64,000 nucleotides of DNA from NCBI GenBank assembly GCA_042584005.1, contig JBHOTF010000003.1:10652-74651 (forward strand), given 5' to 3'. Position numbers and translations under genes: made by a program. The stretch comes from Bacteroidota bacterium. Its GTDB lineage: Bacteria; Bacteroidota; Bacteroidia; Bacteroidales; JBHOTF01. How positions within the stretch are numbered: position 1 is the first letter of the stretch; each line of letters starts with the position of its first letter. Positions 35,625 to 45,846 of this stretch are shown here, piece after piece. The notes under the pieces were generated by a model. It made no database searches. It was not told where the DNA came from and saw only the letters and a program-made list of their open reading frames with translations.

Positions 35625-35626
35625 TT

Positions 35627-36706
35627 ATGGCTTTTGTAACAATAGATGTAAAAAAACTTAAATCTAACTTTGAGTATCTCAATACCCTTTTTAAAAAAAA
35701 CGGCATTGAATGGTCAGTTGTTTCCAAAGTATTAAGTGGCAACAAAAAATATTTGACTGAACTATTGAAATTTGATATAAAGACTATATCAGACTCTCGT
35801 GTGACTAATTTAAAAATGATTAAATCAATCAATCCCAATATTGAAACAATTTATATAAAACCACCTGCAAAACGTGCCATTTTAAGTGTAGTAAAATATG
35901 CCGATGTGAGCATGAATACAGAATTTGAAACTATCAAGCTGTTAGCAGAGGAAGCTAAAAAACAGAACAAAATTCACAAAATAATCATTATGATTGAATT
36001 GGGTGAACTTCGCGAGGGTGTAATGGGCGACGATTTTATGTCTTTTTATGAAAGTGTTTTCAAATTAGAAAACATTCAAGTTGTGGGAATTGGAACCAAT
36101 CTATCTTGCTTATATGGCGTTTTACCAAATCACGATAAATTAATTCAATTAAGTCTGTATGAACAATTAATTGAAGCAAAATTTAACAGGCAAATAGAAT
36201 ATGTTTCAGGAGGTTCATCTGTTACAATCCCCTTAATTTTTCAAAATTTACTACCTAAAGGAATCAATCATTTTAGAGTAGGAGAGACTCTTTTTTTAGG
36301 CACCGATGTTTATAACAATAGACCGTTTAAAAAAATGAATGCGGATGTGTTTACATTATATTCAGAGATAATTGAATTAACCGAAAAACCAATGAATCCT
36401 GAAGGAGAACTTGGCAGTAATGTTGAAGGAGAGGAATTTGGGTTTGACCCAAAAAATATTGGGGAAACTTCGAAAAGGGCAATTATTGACATTGGATTGC
36501 TTGATGTAGATATTAATCATATTGAATTAGTTGACAAAACTATAAAAATGGCAGGAGCAAGTTCAGATATGATTGTAATTGACCTTGACGAAAATAAGAA
36601 GAAATATAAAGTTGGAGATTTGATCAAATTTAAATTAGATTATATGGGAACTCTCAGGATACTAAACTCCAAATATATTGAGAAGAAGATAAAAAACGGC
36701 AGCTAA
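35627..36706 (+). CDS. Alanine/ornithine-racemase-family (Orr/YhfX-like) PLP enzyme
   Basis: Starts 3 nt after the alr stop. Fold-type-III features: WSVVSKVLSGN (candidate PLP Lys), IMIELGELREGV, YVSGGSSVT, FRVGETLFLG. Confidence 0.75.
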   Translation: MAFVTIDVKKLKSNFEYLNTLFKKNGIEWSVVSKVLSGNKKYLTELLKFDIKTISDSRVTNLKMIKSINPNIETIYIKPPAKRAILSVVKYADVSMNTEFETIKLLAEEAKKQNKIHKIIIMIELGELREGVMGDDFMSFYESVFKLENIQVVGIGTNLSCLYGVLPNHDKLIQLSLYEQLIEAKFNRQIEYVSGGSSVTIPLIFQNLLPKGINHFRVGETLFLGTDVYNNRPFKKMNADVFTLYSEIIELTEKPMNPEGELGSNVEGEEFGFDPKNIGETSKRAIIDIGLLDVDINHIELVDKTIKMAGASSDMIVIDLDENKKKYKVGDLIKFKLDYMGTLRILNSKYIEKKIKNGS

Positions 36707-36805
36707 CGATGAACTGAGCAAAGATTTGAGATATTCCTAAAATTGAGTAAGCCTTCATTTTCAGGGTAGACTACTTTATTCATGTAATTTTTTGCAATAC
36801 CTGTT

Positions 36806-37312
36806 CTATTCTTCCAATGAATTAATTTTCTGTGTTTCTAAGTAATAAGGTAGGTTATCCCAATAGCCAACTTCTGAAACTATCTTTCCATCTTTTACGA
36901 GATAATCAATGTGATTGATATTAATAATCTTTGATTCACTCTTTATAAACTTACCTTCCCAGTTTCCCCAAAAATGAACCCAACGATTGTCATCATTATC
37001 TATGATCATTTCCCATCTTGCGTTATCAGTGAATCTAAAATATTCCATTTCAGCTGAAGTTTCTTTAACTCCATCAATAAAAGCACCAGGACTTATACCT
37101 GGATCGACTAAATATTTAGAGTTATGCCAGATTTTTGCAGTGTCACAATAGTTTGACTTGAAGGTTTCCCAGTCTTGATTGTTGTAGGCTTCGACCAGTT
37201 TCTTGCACAATTCGATTTCAGGTGATTCTTCATAGTATTTCTGAATGGTTTGCTTATCCTGACAAGCAGAGCAGACAAGTAGAATCGAAATAATAAGAAA
37301 TAGATTTTTCAT
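36806..37312 (-). CDS. SnoaL/NTF2-like small lipoprotein
   Basis: Signal + lipobox IISILLVCSACQDK. 168 aa with an alpha+beta cone-like pattern (YNNQDWETFKSNY..). The family call is tentative. Confidence 0.55.
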   Translation of the reverse strand: MKNLFLIISILLVCSACQDKQTIQKYYEESPEIELCKKLVEAYNNQDWETFKSNYCDTAKIWHNSKYLVDPGISPGAFIDGVKETSAEMEYFRFTDNARWEMIIDNDDNRWVHFWGNWEGKFIKSESKIININHIDYLVKDGKIVSEVGYWDNLPYYLETQKINSLEE

Positions 37313-37442
37313 GGTTTTAAAGTTTAGGTTTGCAGCAAGTTACCGAAATTTTTTTTTATGGCCAAAAATTCGGGAATGAGCTGTATTCAATTTGACCAGC
37401 CAAGAAATGTAAGGGGGAGAAGCCTGGCAACAATCTGGCAAC

Positions 37443-37469
37443 AAAAAAGAGGTCACTCTCGTAACCTCT
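37443..37469 (-). terminator. Rho-independent terminator after tRNA-Gln
   Basis: The minus-strand RNA reads agaggu-(10-nt loop)-accucu followed by U6. It begins 12 nt past the tRNA 3' end. Confidence 0.5.
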
Positions 37470-37480
37470 TCATTTTCTTG

Positions 37481-37553
37481 TTGTCCGACCAGGGCTCGAA
37501 CCTGGACTCTTCTGAACCAAAATCAGATGTGTTACCAATTACACCATCGGACA
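37481..37553 (-). tRNA. tRNA-Gln (anticodon TTG)
   Basis: Minus strand: tgtccgatggtgtaattggtaacacatctgattttggttcagaagagtccaggttcgagccctggtcggacaa. Folded by hand into a cloverleaf with acceptor tgtccga/tcggaca, T-arm ccagg-ttcgagc-cctgg and anticodon loop ttTTGgt. Confidence 0.92.
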
Positions 37554-37583
37554 ATAACACTTTTCATCTTTTCAATGAGCCTG

Positions 37584-37591
37584 CAAATTTA
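37584..37591 (-). promoter_or_regulatory. Bacteroidota-type -7 promoter box (TAAATTTG) for tRNA-Gln
   Basis: Minus strand reads tagTAAATTTGcagg, about 30 nt upstream of the tRNA 5' end. Confidence 0.5.
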
Positions 37592-37740
37592 CTAAAAAAA
37601 TAATTCCTACAAATTTTTTTTATTTTTTTGTTTAAGTCATTCCTCTGAAGATTGAAAATAAATTATCTTCGCATATTAGTTAATAGATAATAATGGAATG
37701 CAAAGTTCCATTTGACTACTGAAAATATAATAATTTCCAT

Positions 37741-40700
37741 ATGAAGAAGTACAAATTAATAAATAATGTATCCGGATGGATTGTATTCCTTATAGCTGCA
37801 ATAGTATATATGTTAACCATAGAGCCAACAACAAGTTTATGGGACTGTGGTGAGTTTATTGCATCTGCTTATAAATTTGAAGTGGGACACCCACCGGGAG
37901 CTCCTGTATTTCTTCTATTGGCAAGACTATTTACATTCTTTGCTTCCGATCCTGAACATGTTGCAAAAATGGTAAATATGCTTTCGGCCATTACATCAGC
38001 ATTTACAATTCTTTTCCTGTTCTGGACTATTACTCATATGGCAAAAAAATTCTTTGTTAAGGATAATAAACTTGAATTGCCAAATATTGTGGCTATTATC
38101 GCCAGTGGTGCAGTAGGTGCACTGGCATATACTTTTTCCGACTCATTCTGGTTTTCTGCAGTTGAGGGTGAAGTATATGCAACATCATCACTTTTTACAG
38201 CAATTGTTTTCTGGGCAATTCTGAAATGGGAAAGTGTAGCCCATCAAAAACATTCTGATAGATGGATAATTTTTATCTGCTTCCTCCTGGGATTATCGAT
38301 TGGTATCCACCTTCTTAACCTATTGGTGATTCCGGCTTTAGTATTTGTATATTATTTTAAAAAATATAATGTAACAAGATCAGGTGTGATTAAAGCAATA
38401 ATTGTTTCCATTATTTTGCTTTTTGTTTTGGTATATGGAATCACTACCGGAACTGTGACAATAGCATCCTGGTTTGAGTTATTATTCGTTAATTCATTCG
38501 GATTGCCATATTTTACCGGAGTATTTGTTTTTATTATTCTGCTTATTGGAGCTCTTTCTTTTGGTATTTATTATACCATAAAAGAGAAAAAGTATATATG
38601 GAATACAATCCTCCTGTCGCTTGTCGCAATATTAATAGGTTATTCATCATTCAGTATTATTGTTATACGCTCAATAGCCGATCCGCCATTAAACGAGAAC
38701 CGTCCGGATAATATTTTTGCTTTAAAAAGATATCTTAACAGAGAACAATATGGTGACAGGCCTCTTTTATATGGACAATATTATAATTCTCCTCCTGTAG
38801 GGGTGAAACAGGGAAAACCCAATTATGTTAAAGAAGACGGAAAGTATAAGATTGCTACTGTTCAGGAAAAAAGGGTTTATGATAAACGTTTTGAATCGAT
38901 TTTCCCACGTATGTACTCCAGAAATGACCAAAGGCATATAGATGCTTACAAACAATGGGGTGGAGATAAGGGTGGAAGACCTATAAGAATGACTGATAAT
39001 AGAGGCAATCAGGTAAGTATTAGTAAACCCAAATTCACAGAAAACCTAAGGTTCTTTTTCAGATATCAGATAGGACATATGTATTTTAGGTATTTTATGT
39101 GGAATTTTGCCGGACGGCAGAATGATATTCAGGGGCATGGGGAGATTTTAAACGGGAACTGGATAAGCGGTATACCATTTATTGATAAAGCAAGACTTGG
39201 GGAGCAATCAGAATTGACACCCTCAATGAAAAATCATAAATCGCGCAATGTATATTTTATGCTGCCACTTATTCTGGGAATATTAGGCTTTTTATATTCC
39301 TATAAGAAAGGGAATAAAGATTTCTGGGTAATCACCCTGCTGTTTGTGTTAAACGGACTGGCAATTATTGTATATCTTAATCAGTATCCATACCAGCCCC
39401 GTGAAAGAGATTATTCTTATGTCGCCTCTTTTTATGCATTTGCAATTTGGATAGGTTTTGGAGTTCTATACTTGTATCAATGGCTAAGAAAATATTCAAA
39501 ACCAATTATTGGAGCCGGTATTGCAGGAATAACAACTTTAATTCTGGTCCCCGGAATTATGGCAAGTGAAAACTGGGACGATCACGACAGATCAGGCAGA
39601 TATACAGCACGTGATTTTGCATATAATTATCTTAATTCATGTGCTCCCAATGCTATTGTTTTTACAAATGGCGACAATGATACTTTCCCTCTATGGTATG
39701 CACAACAGGTTGAAGGAATAAGAACTGATGTAAGAGTATGTTGTTTACCATATATGATTACCGACTGGTTTATTGACCAGCAAATTCGACAATCATACGA
39801 TTCGCCACCTGTTCCTTTTTCTCTTACACACGATCAGTATAAAATAGGTGTCAGGGAAATGATACCTGTAGTAGAGGCTTTTACTGATTATTCTGATGTA
39901 AAACAATTAATGGAAATTATTGCAAGTGACAATCCTACTACTAAACGTGATTTTTATGGTAATGGTGAACAAATGGACTTTTTAGCATCCAGAAAACTCA
40001 GTCTCGCCGTTGATTCTGCTACTGTTGTTAATAATGGTACAGTTCCTCCTGAAGATGCTCATAAAATAGTTGATGTTATTGAATGGGAACTGCCAGCTTC
40101 TACAAGCTATCTTTCCAAAAGTGAATTAATGATACTTGACCTTATAGCAAATAATAACTGGGAGAGGCCAATTTATTTTACTGCGCTGGGACATGAGGCC
40201 ACTTTGGGTCTTGATCAATATTTTCGCCATGAAGGTTTTGCATTTCGTTTAGTGCCAATTAAAAATGAAGATTACGGGGCTTTAAATCCGGGAAGCATAA
40301 ATTCAAACATTTTGTACGATAATTTGATGAACAAATTTAAATGGGGCAGAATGAATGAAGAAGATGTTTATCTGGAATATTATAATAGGAGAATTCTTAT
40401 TATTATAAAAATAAGATCAACATTCTCACGTCTGGCAGATGTTTTAATAGAAGAAGGAAAAAGAGATTCAGCAATTCTCGTACTTGATAAATGTATGGAA
40501 CTAACGCCACATAAGGTATTACCATACGATTATTTTGTGAGAGATGTTATCGAATCCTATTATAAAGCTGAGGCTGATGATAAAGCAAATATTTTTCTAA
40601 GAGAATATTTAGGAATAGAAATAAATAATCTGAGATATTACCTTTCTCTTTCGCAAAAGTTCCAAAATAATATTAATAGAGATATGCAAAGATCAGTTGG

Positions 40701-40800
40701 AATTATTCAGGAATTACAAAGGCTTGCAGGCCTCTATGGCCAAAAGGAACTTGAAACTGAAATTGAGCAGGAATTGAAGCTTCTTGTTAATATGGGATAA
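37741..40800 (+). CDS. DUF2723-family large polytopic membrane protein (GT-C-like putative glycosyltransferase)
   Basis: N-terminal signature SLWDCGEFIASAYKFEVGHPPGAPVFLLLARLF. More than 10 TM segments, then a long soluble C-terminal region. 1019 aa. Confidence 0.85.
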   Translation: MKKYKLINNVSGWIVFLIAAIVYMLTIEPTTSLWDCGEFIASAYKFEVGHPPGAPVFLLLARLFTFFASDPEHVAKMVNMLSAITSAFTILFLFWTITHMAKKFFVKDNKLELPNIVAIIASGAVGALAYTFSDSFWFSAVEGEVYATSSLFTAIVFWAILKWESVAHQKHSDRWIIFICFLLGLSIGIHLLNLLVIPALVFVYYFKKYNVTRSGVIKAIIVSIILLFVLVYGITTGTVTIASWFELLFVNSFGLPYFTGVFVFIILLIGALSFGIYYTIKEKKYIWNTILLSLVAILIGYSSFSIIVIRSIADPPLNENRPDNIFALKRYLNREQYGDRPLLYGQYYNSPPVGVKQGKPNYVKEDGKYKIATVQEKRVYDKRFESIFPRMYSRNDQRHIDAYKQWGGDKGGRPIRMTDNRGNQVSISKPKFTENLRFFFRYQIGHMYFRYFMWNFAGRQNDIQGHGEILNGNWISGIPFIDKARLGEQSELTPSMKNHKSRNVYFMLPLILGILGFLYSYKKGNKDFWVITLLFVLNGLAIIVYLNQYPYQPRERDYSYVASFYAFAIWIGFGVLYLYQWLRKYSKPIIGAGIAGITTLILVPGIMASENWDDHDRSGRYTARDFAYNYLNSCAPNAIVFTNGDNDTFPLWYAQQVEGIRTDVRVCCLPYMITDWFIDQQIRQSYDSPPVPFSLTHDQYKIGVREMIPVVEAFTDYSDVKQLMEIIASDNPTTKRDFYGNGEQMDFLASRKLSLAVDSATVVNNGTVPPEDAHKIVDVIEWELPASTSYLSKSELMILDLIANNNWERPIYFTALGHEATLGLDQYFRHEGFAFRLVPIKNEDYGALNPGSINSNILYDNLMNKFKWGRMNEEDVYLEYYNRRILIIIKIRSTFSRLADVLIEEGKRDSAILVLDKCMELTPHKVLPYDYFVRDVIESYYKAEADDKANIFLREYLGIEINNLRYYLSLSQKFQNNINRDMQRSVGIIQELQRLAGLYGQKELETEIEQELKLLVNMG

Positions 40801-40843
40801 TTTTGAACTTATAAAGTATTAATCTGTTTGAAAAGGATATACA

Positions 40844-41449
40844 TTGGTTAGAATACCACAACTGTTTAAAAAGGTTTTTTTTAATTTGATCTGGAGTATC
40901 CCCGGCCAGACAAAATCGATTTTTTTGACTTTTGACGATGGCCCTGTTCCGGAATTAACTCCCTGGATTCTTGAAACACTGAAAAAAAATCAACTGAAAG
41001 CAACATTTTTTTGCGTTGGCGATAATGTCAGAAAATATCCTGAATTATATGAGAGAATAATAAATGATGGCCATTCTGTCGGCAATCATACATATCATCA
41101 TTTGAATGGCTGGAAAACCGGTGTGAAAGAATATATTTCTGATGTTGAAAAAGCAAGCGAATTTATTAAATCAAATATTTTCAGGCCCCCTTATGGGAAA
41201 ATGCGCACACAACAAAAAAAACAGTTAAGAAAAAAGTATAAAATTGTAATGTGGGATGTGCTTAGTAAAGATTATAGTAGCTCATTAACTAAATGGAAAG
41301 TGCTTGAAAATGTGCTGAATTATGCACGCCCGGGATCTATTGTGGTTTTTCATGATAATATGAAAGCAAAAGATAAGCTGCAATTTGTTCTTCCAAAAGT
41401 AATAGAACATTATCTTTATAAAGCATATGTTTTTAAAAAAATTGAATAA
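40844..41449 (+). CDS. Polysaccharide deacetylase (NodB/CE4 family)
   Basis: TTG start. NodB motifs FLTFDDGP and HSVGNHTYHH. Confidence 0.85.
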   Translation: MVRIPQLFKKVFFNLIWSIPGQTKSIFLTFDDGPVPELTPWILETLKKNQLKATFFCVGDNVRKYPELYERIINDGHSVGNHTYHHLNGWKTGVKEYISDVEKASEFIKSNIFRPPYGKMRTQQKKQLRKKYKIVMWDVLSKDYSSSLTKWKVLENVLNYARPGSIVVFHDNMKAKDKLQFVLPKVIEHYLYKAYVFKKIE

Positions 41450-41511
41450 TATTACAAGTAGAATATTATGCTAAATGCATTTTCATTATCATTAACTAAT
41501 ATCATTAAACT

Positions 41512-42789
41512 ATGAACATATTAATTCTTGGGTCAGGAGGAAGAGAACATGCATTGGCATGGAAAATTTCTCAAAGTAAATTATTAAGCAAATTATATAT
41601 AACTCCCGGGAATGCCGGAACAATGCAACATGGTGTAAATGTTAAACTTAGTGGTGATAGTTTTGAGTCAATTCGTGATTTTGTTTTAGCAAATGCTGTA
41701 AATATGGTTGTTGTTGGGCCTGAAGATCCACTTGTAAATGGTATTGCCGATTATTTTTTATCGGAACCCTCACTCAAAGATGTTGGGCTTATAGGGCCAC
41801 CTAAACTGGGCGCCATGCTTGAAGGCAGTAAGGAATACGCTAATAATTTCATGAAAAAATATAATATCCCGACGGCCGAATCTCTTACAGTTATAAAAGA
41901 GAATCTTCAGGAAGGGATAAATTATCTTAGAAATCTTCCCGCCCCATATGTTCTAAAAGCTGATGGATTGGCGGCAGGTAAAGGAGTATTGATACTTGAT
42001 GATTTATGTGATGCTGAAAATGAATTAAAAGCAATGTTGGGAGGGAAATTTGGTGCTGCAAGCGATAAGGTGGTTATTGAAACTTTTCTTGAAGGTATTG
42101 AATTATCAGTTTTTATTCTGATGGATGGGAAATCGTATAAAATATTTCCGGAAGCAAAAGATTATAAAAGAATTGGTGAAGGTGATACAGGCCTTAACAC
42201 CGGTGGAATGGGAGCAATTACACCGGTTCCCTTTGCAACTGAAGAATTTTTGAAAAAAGTTGAAACCCAGGTAATAAAACCAACTGTTGAAGGACTTCAG
42301 AAAGAAAGTATTAACTATAAAGGATTCTTATATTTTGGACTAATGAATTGCAAGGGCGATCCTTATGTTGTTGAATATAATGTGAGAATGGGCGACCCTG
42401 AAGCAGAGGTTGTTATTCCCAGAATTAAATCAGATCTGGTGGAGCTTTTTAATGCTGTTATTGATGAAAACCTGTCTGAAAAGTCAATGGAAATTGATGA
42501 AAGAGCTGTTACAACTGTAATGCTTGTGTCGGGCGGGTATCCTTCATTATATGAAAAGGGAAAGATTATCAGTGGAATTGAAAATGCATCAGAAAATATT
42601 GTATTTCATGCCGGCACTAATATCCATGATGGTAAACTGGTTACAAATGGTGGCCGTGTTATTGCCGTCAGCTCATACGGAGAAGATATTTTTGAGGCAA
42701 TGGCTAAATCTTATCTTGGTGCAAGGACAATTGAGTTCGAAGGCAAATATTTCAGGAAGGATCTTGGACATGATTTGGTTAAGGTTTAA
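41512..42789 (+). CDS. purD: Phosphoribosylamine--glycine ligase
   Basis: MNILILGSGGREHALAWK, ATP-grasp (VLKADGLAAGKGV), EYNVRMGDPE, NGGRVIAV. Confidence 0.95.
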   Translation: MNILILGSGGREHALAWKISQSKLLSKLYITPGNAGTMQHGVNVKLSGDSFESIRDFVLANAVNMVVVGPEDPLVNGIADYFLSEPSLKDVGLIGPPKLGAMLEGSKEYANNFMKKYNIPTAESLTVIKENLQEGINYLRNLPAPYVLKADGLAAGKGVLILDDLCDAENELKAMLGGKFGAASDKVVIETFLEGIELSVFILMDGKSYKIFPEAKDYKRIGEGDTGLNTGGMGAITPVPFATEEFLKKVETQVIKPTVEGLQKESINYKGFLYFGLMNCKGDPYVVEYNVRMGDPEAEVVIPRIKSDLVELFNAVIDENLSEKSMEIDERAVTTVMLVSGGYPSLYEKGKIISGIENASENIVFHAGTNIHDGKLVTNGGRVIAVSSYGEDIFEAMAKSYLGARTIEFEGKYFRKDLGHDLVKV

Positions 42790-42836
42790 ATGAGGATCAA
42801 TTATTATTTGTTTGAATAAATACTAATACCCTAAGC

Positions 42837-43817
42837 ATGGTGCTGGATTTTCTAAAAAGCTATAAAATACAGCTTATATTCTTTATGTCATTTATGGGGT
42901 TTTTCATTTTTTTTAGCCCTTTCAGAGACATAGAAGATATTATATTCCCATTCAACAAGGAAGTATTGCTATTATATAAAAATGTTTCAGCGCTTATTGT
43001 ATGGAGCAGAGTATTTGAGTTGTTTGTGACTGCTATCCTTGTTGTTTCCCAGGCAATATTAATTAATAAGCTGAACAGGAAATTTCTAATATTAACTGTT
43101 AATTCATATTTACCGGGAGTTTTATTTATTCTTATAAGCGGAAGCCTGATGCCGCTTCACATAGTGCAGCCAATACTATTCTCTGGTTTTTTCTTGCTTC
43201 TGACAATCGATCAGATTTTTTCTTCATTAAAAAAGGAAAAAGCTCTTGATGTTTATTTTAATGCAGGACTGTTAATCTTCGTTGGGAGCTTGTTTTATAC
43301 AGGAATATTATTTTATATGATAGTTGTATATGCCTTTATTACATATTTTCGCAGCTTTTATTGGAAAGAATGGCTAATGCCTGTTTTAGGATTTTTTTGT
43401 CCACTGGCAATACTATGTGGTTTCCTTTATCTTGCTGATTATACCGGCACTTTCATGAATAATTATATGTTGAATTATCGTTTTGGACTTATTAGTTTTG
43501 TTGATATACAAATATCATTTTTATCAATTATTTTTTATTCTTTTATAACTTTATTATTATTTGTTTCAGCAATATATTATAAAAACCAAAAAATTGATTC
43601 AAGCAAGTATTTTGCATCATTTCTTTTGATGCTGATATTGTCGTGTTTGATTTTTTTATTTTTTGAAAGTTCTTTTATTGAAATAATTTTCTTCCTGGCT
43701 ATTCCGGTATCATATCAATTAAGTTATTTTCTGATAAATATTAGAAAAAAATGGTTGGGAGAGAGTATTGTCTTGATTATACTGGGATTATCTGTAGCTA
43801 TTCGGTTTTTCGGGTAA
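42837..43817 (+). CDS. Polytopic membrane protein of unknown function
   Basis: 326 aa, hydrophobic almost throughout (about 9 segments). No family confidently recognised. Confidence 0.6.
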   Translation: MVLDFLKSYKIQLIFFMSFMGFFIFFSPFRDIEDIIFPFNKEVLLLYKNVSALIVWSRVFELFVTAILVVSQAILINKLNRKFLILTVNSYLPGVLFILISGSLMPLHIVQPILFSGFFLLLTIDQIFSSLKKEKALDVYFNAGLLIFVGSLFYTGILFYMIVVYAFITYFRSFYWKEWLMPVLGFFCPLAILCGFLYLADYTGTFMNNYMLNYRFGLISFVDIQISFLSIIFYSFITLLLFVSAIYYKNQKIDSSKYFASFLLMLILSCLIFLFFESSFIEIIFFLAIPVSYQLSYFLINIRKKWLGESIVLIILGLSVAIRFFG

Positions 43818-44883
43818 CTATTTTTTTGATGAACTTAGATCTAAACCATCGTGGAAACATAATTGTACCTATGAATAAATAAGGATAATAACTTACCATT
43901 CTCCATAATAATGCCATTGCAACAGCTAATCCCAAAGGTAAAAACTCGCCAAGGTATTTTGAAAAAATAAATTCAGCAAGGCCACTTCCACCGGGAGTAG
44001 GGCTAACAATCATCATTATCCACATTACCAGCTGTCGTGCGTAAATAAGAAAATGATCTGAAACATCTACAATAGCAAGTATCAAACAATTAACCACCCA
44101 ATACCTGGCTGTCCACGATAAAAAGGTTGACCCAAAAGCTTTTAACCAAAAAGAGATTTTTTTCATTCGGAATTCTTTTGAAGTTCTTATTATATCATCA
44201 CCTGCTTCACCTGCTTTATCTCTCCATTTTCGTAAAAACCGAATTTTAAATATCCATAACAAGAGTTTTTTTAATCCGGGTGGGTTAAAAAACAATCCAT
44301 AACTTAGAAGAGATGTATAAAGCAAAATAATTCCGAACCCAATAACTGCGAAATAGAAAAATTCTGTTGAAAATGAAAAGCTTTCGTCTATACCGTTTGT
44401 TTTCGCTATTGTAAAAAGTGCTTTTGCTTTAACCAGAATTAGTAAAACTGGGAACATTATTATCAGGTATAGCTCGTCGAGGAATGAAGTGAGCATTACA
44501 ATAGCCGAACTGCGGCCTACATTAATTCCCTCCTTATTAACGAATACAACAGCTGCTGCAGTTCCTCCAACCATAGTTGGGGTTATTGCTGATGTGAATT
44601 CCCAAAGAAACACAACATTAAAACATTGCCTCCAATTTAGGTCACCACTACTTAGTACCCTTATTCTGAACAGATATCCAAGATCTCTTATTAACATCAT
44701 AAGAAATGCCATGAAAATCCAGAACAAAGAATTCCATCCAAGAGAAAGTTTAGAGAAAGTTTCAAGATCAAATTCATTATAAAGGAACCAACCTACAACA
44801 AGAAGTCCTATAAAAATTGGAAATATTATTTTCCATCCTTTAAGTGAATTTAAGGCATGAATAGCTTTTTTTCTCCTGCTCAT
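43798..44883 (-). CDS. Flippase-like / lysylphosphatidylglycerol-synthase TM-domain family membrane protein (UPF0104)
   Basis: Polytopic. Signature VSPTPGGSGLAEFIFSKYL near the C-terminus. Its 3' end overlaps the convergent upstream gene by 20 nt. Confidence 0.75.
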   Translation of the reverse strand: MSRRKKAIHALNSLKGWKIIFPIFIGLLVVGWFLYNEFDLETFSKLSLGWNSLFWIFMAFLMMLIRDLGYLFRIRVLSSGDLNWRQCFNVVFLWEFTSAITPTMVGGTAAAVVFVNKEGINVGRSSAIVMLTSFLDELYLIIMFPVLLILVKAKALFTIAKTNGIDESFSFSTEFFYFAVIGFGIILLYTSLLSYGLFFNPPGLKKLLLWIFKIRFLRKWRDKAGEAGDDIIRTSKEFRMKKISFWLKAFGSTFLSWTARYWVVNCLILAIVDVSDHFLIYARQLVMWIMMIVSPTPGGSGLAEFIFSKYLGEFLPLGLAVAMALLWRMVSYYPYLFIGTIMFPRWFRSKFIKKIVTRKTE

Positions 44884-44895
44884 TATTTTACCACT

Positions 44896-45846
44896 CTATT
44901 TGTATCTTCTAATAATAGTGGTGCCTTTAATTGACATTGGAACTGTCATAGGTTCAGGAAGTTGATCCATACTGATTGTCATGTCACCTTCTGAGAATTT
45001 TTCAACCTTTGATTCTATAATTAAACCGGTTGAAAGATCAATTTTTATTTGGCCTTCCTGGTTTCCGCTGATATTAAACTCCATATCGGCCACTTCAGTT
45101 GTCATAATATTACTACCTTTTTGAGAAGAAATTATGCCTGTGGAACTCAATATTACTTCAGTATCTTTTATTTCGGTTAATTTATATGTGTTTACGGTTT
45201 TGACTGGCATAGTTTGTTCGCCTTTTGATGTTTGTTCCCATGAGCTGCCCTTTTTAACACTCTTTTTAGGCAGCAAGTTGAAAATCTCTTCCATATTTGC
45301 TTTTAGAGCATCAGAACTATATGCTTGTTTAAGACCTGCCATCTGTCCTCCCATCATAGGATCATCGATATTTTTTACTAATTCTTCAATTTTTTTCTCT
45401 AAATCTTCAGTATTCTCAACTTCAATTACCTGTCCTTTATTATTTAACTTAATAATAAAATGCCCCCCAATAATTGCATCAAATATTTTTGCTGATATGG
45501 AGTTTTTATCCTTGTCAGGATTATTTGAATCATATTCCATATCAACCATTCCATTTCCTGTTTTGTTTACAATATGATCATAAACAACTTGGATTATATA
45601 ATTTTTGTCATCATCAATATTAATTACTTCAAAAGCAAAGCCCATATTAGAGTTGGTGCTGGTAATCATTTCCTGGCCCATCATATCCATAATAGTTTCA
45701 CCAGTTGTTACAACCTCAATCTTAAATTTGCTCCCTTTTTGTAAATTGATGCTTAATTTTGTTTTTTTTGCTAGCGCTTGTCCTGATATTAATAGGATAG
45801 ATAAGACAATAAATAATAATGCTTTAAATTTTTTTATAGTTTTCAT
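44896..45846 (-). CDS. Hypothetical secreted protein
   Basis: Signal ALLFIVLSILLISGQALAKK. 316 aa with a beta-rich composition. Sits 12 nt from the next gene on the same strand. Confidence 0.6.
   Translation of the reverse strand: MKTIKKFKALLFIVLSILLISGQALAKKTKLSINLQKGSKFKIEVVTTGETIMDMMGQEMITSTNSNMGFAFEVINIDDDKNYIIQVVYDHIVNKTGNGMVDMEYDSNNPDKDKNSISAKIFDAIIGGHFIIKLNNKGQVIEVENTEDLEKKIEELVKNIDDPMMGGQMAGLKQAYSSDALKANMEEIFNLLPKKSVKKGSSWEQTSKGEQTMPVKTVNTYKLTEIKDTEVILSSTGIISSQKGSNIMTTEVADMEFNISGNQEGQIKIDLSTGLIIESKVEKFSEGDMTISMDQLPEPMTVPMSIKGTTIIRRYK

Noticed and set aside
37358-37603. 81-aa track ORF on the plus strand
   Set aside because: It runs antisense across tRNA-Gln and its terminator, so it is an artefact.
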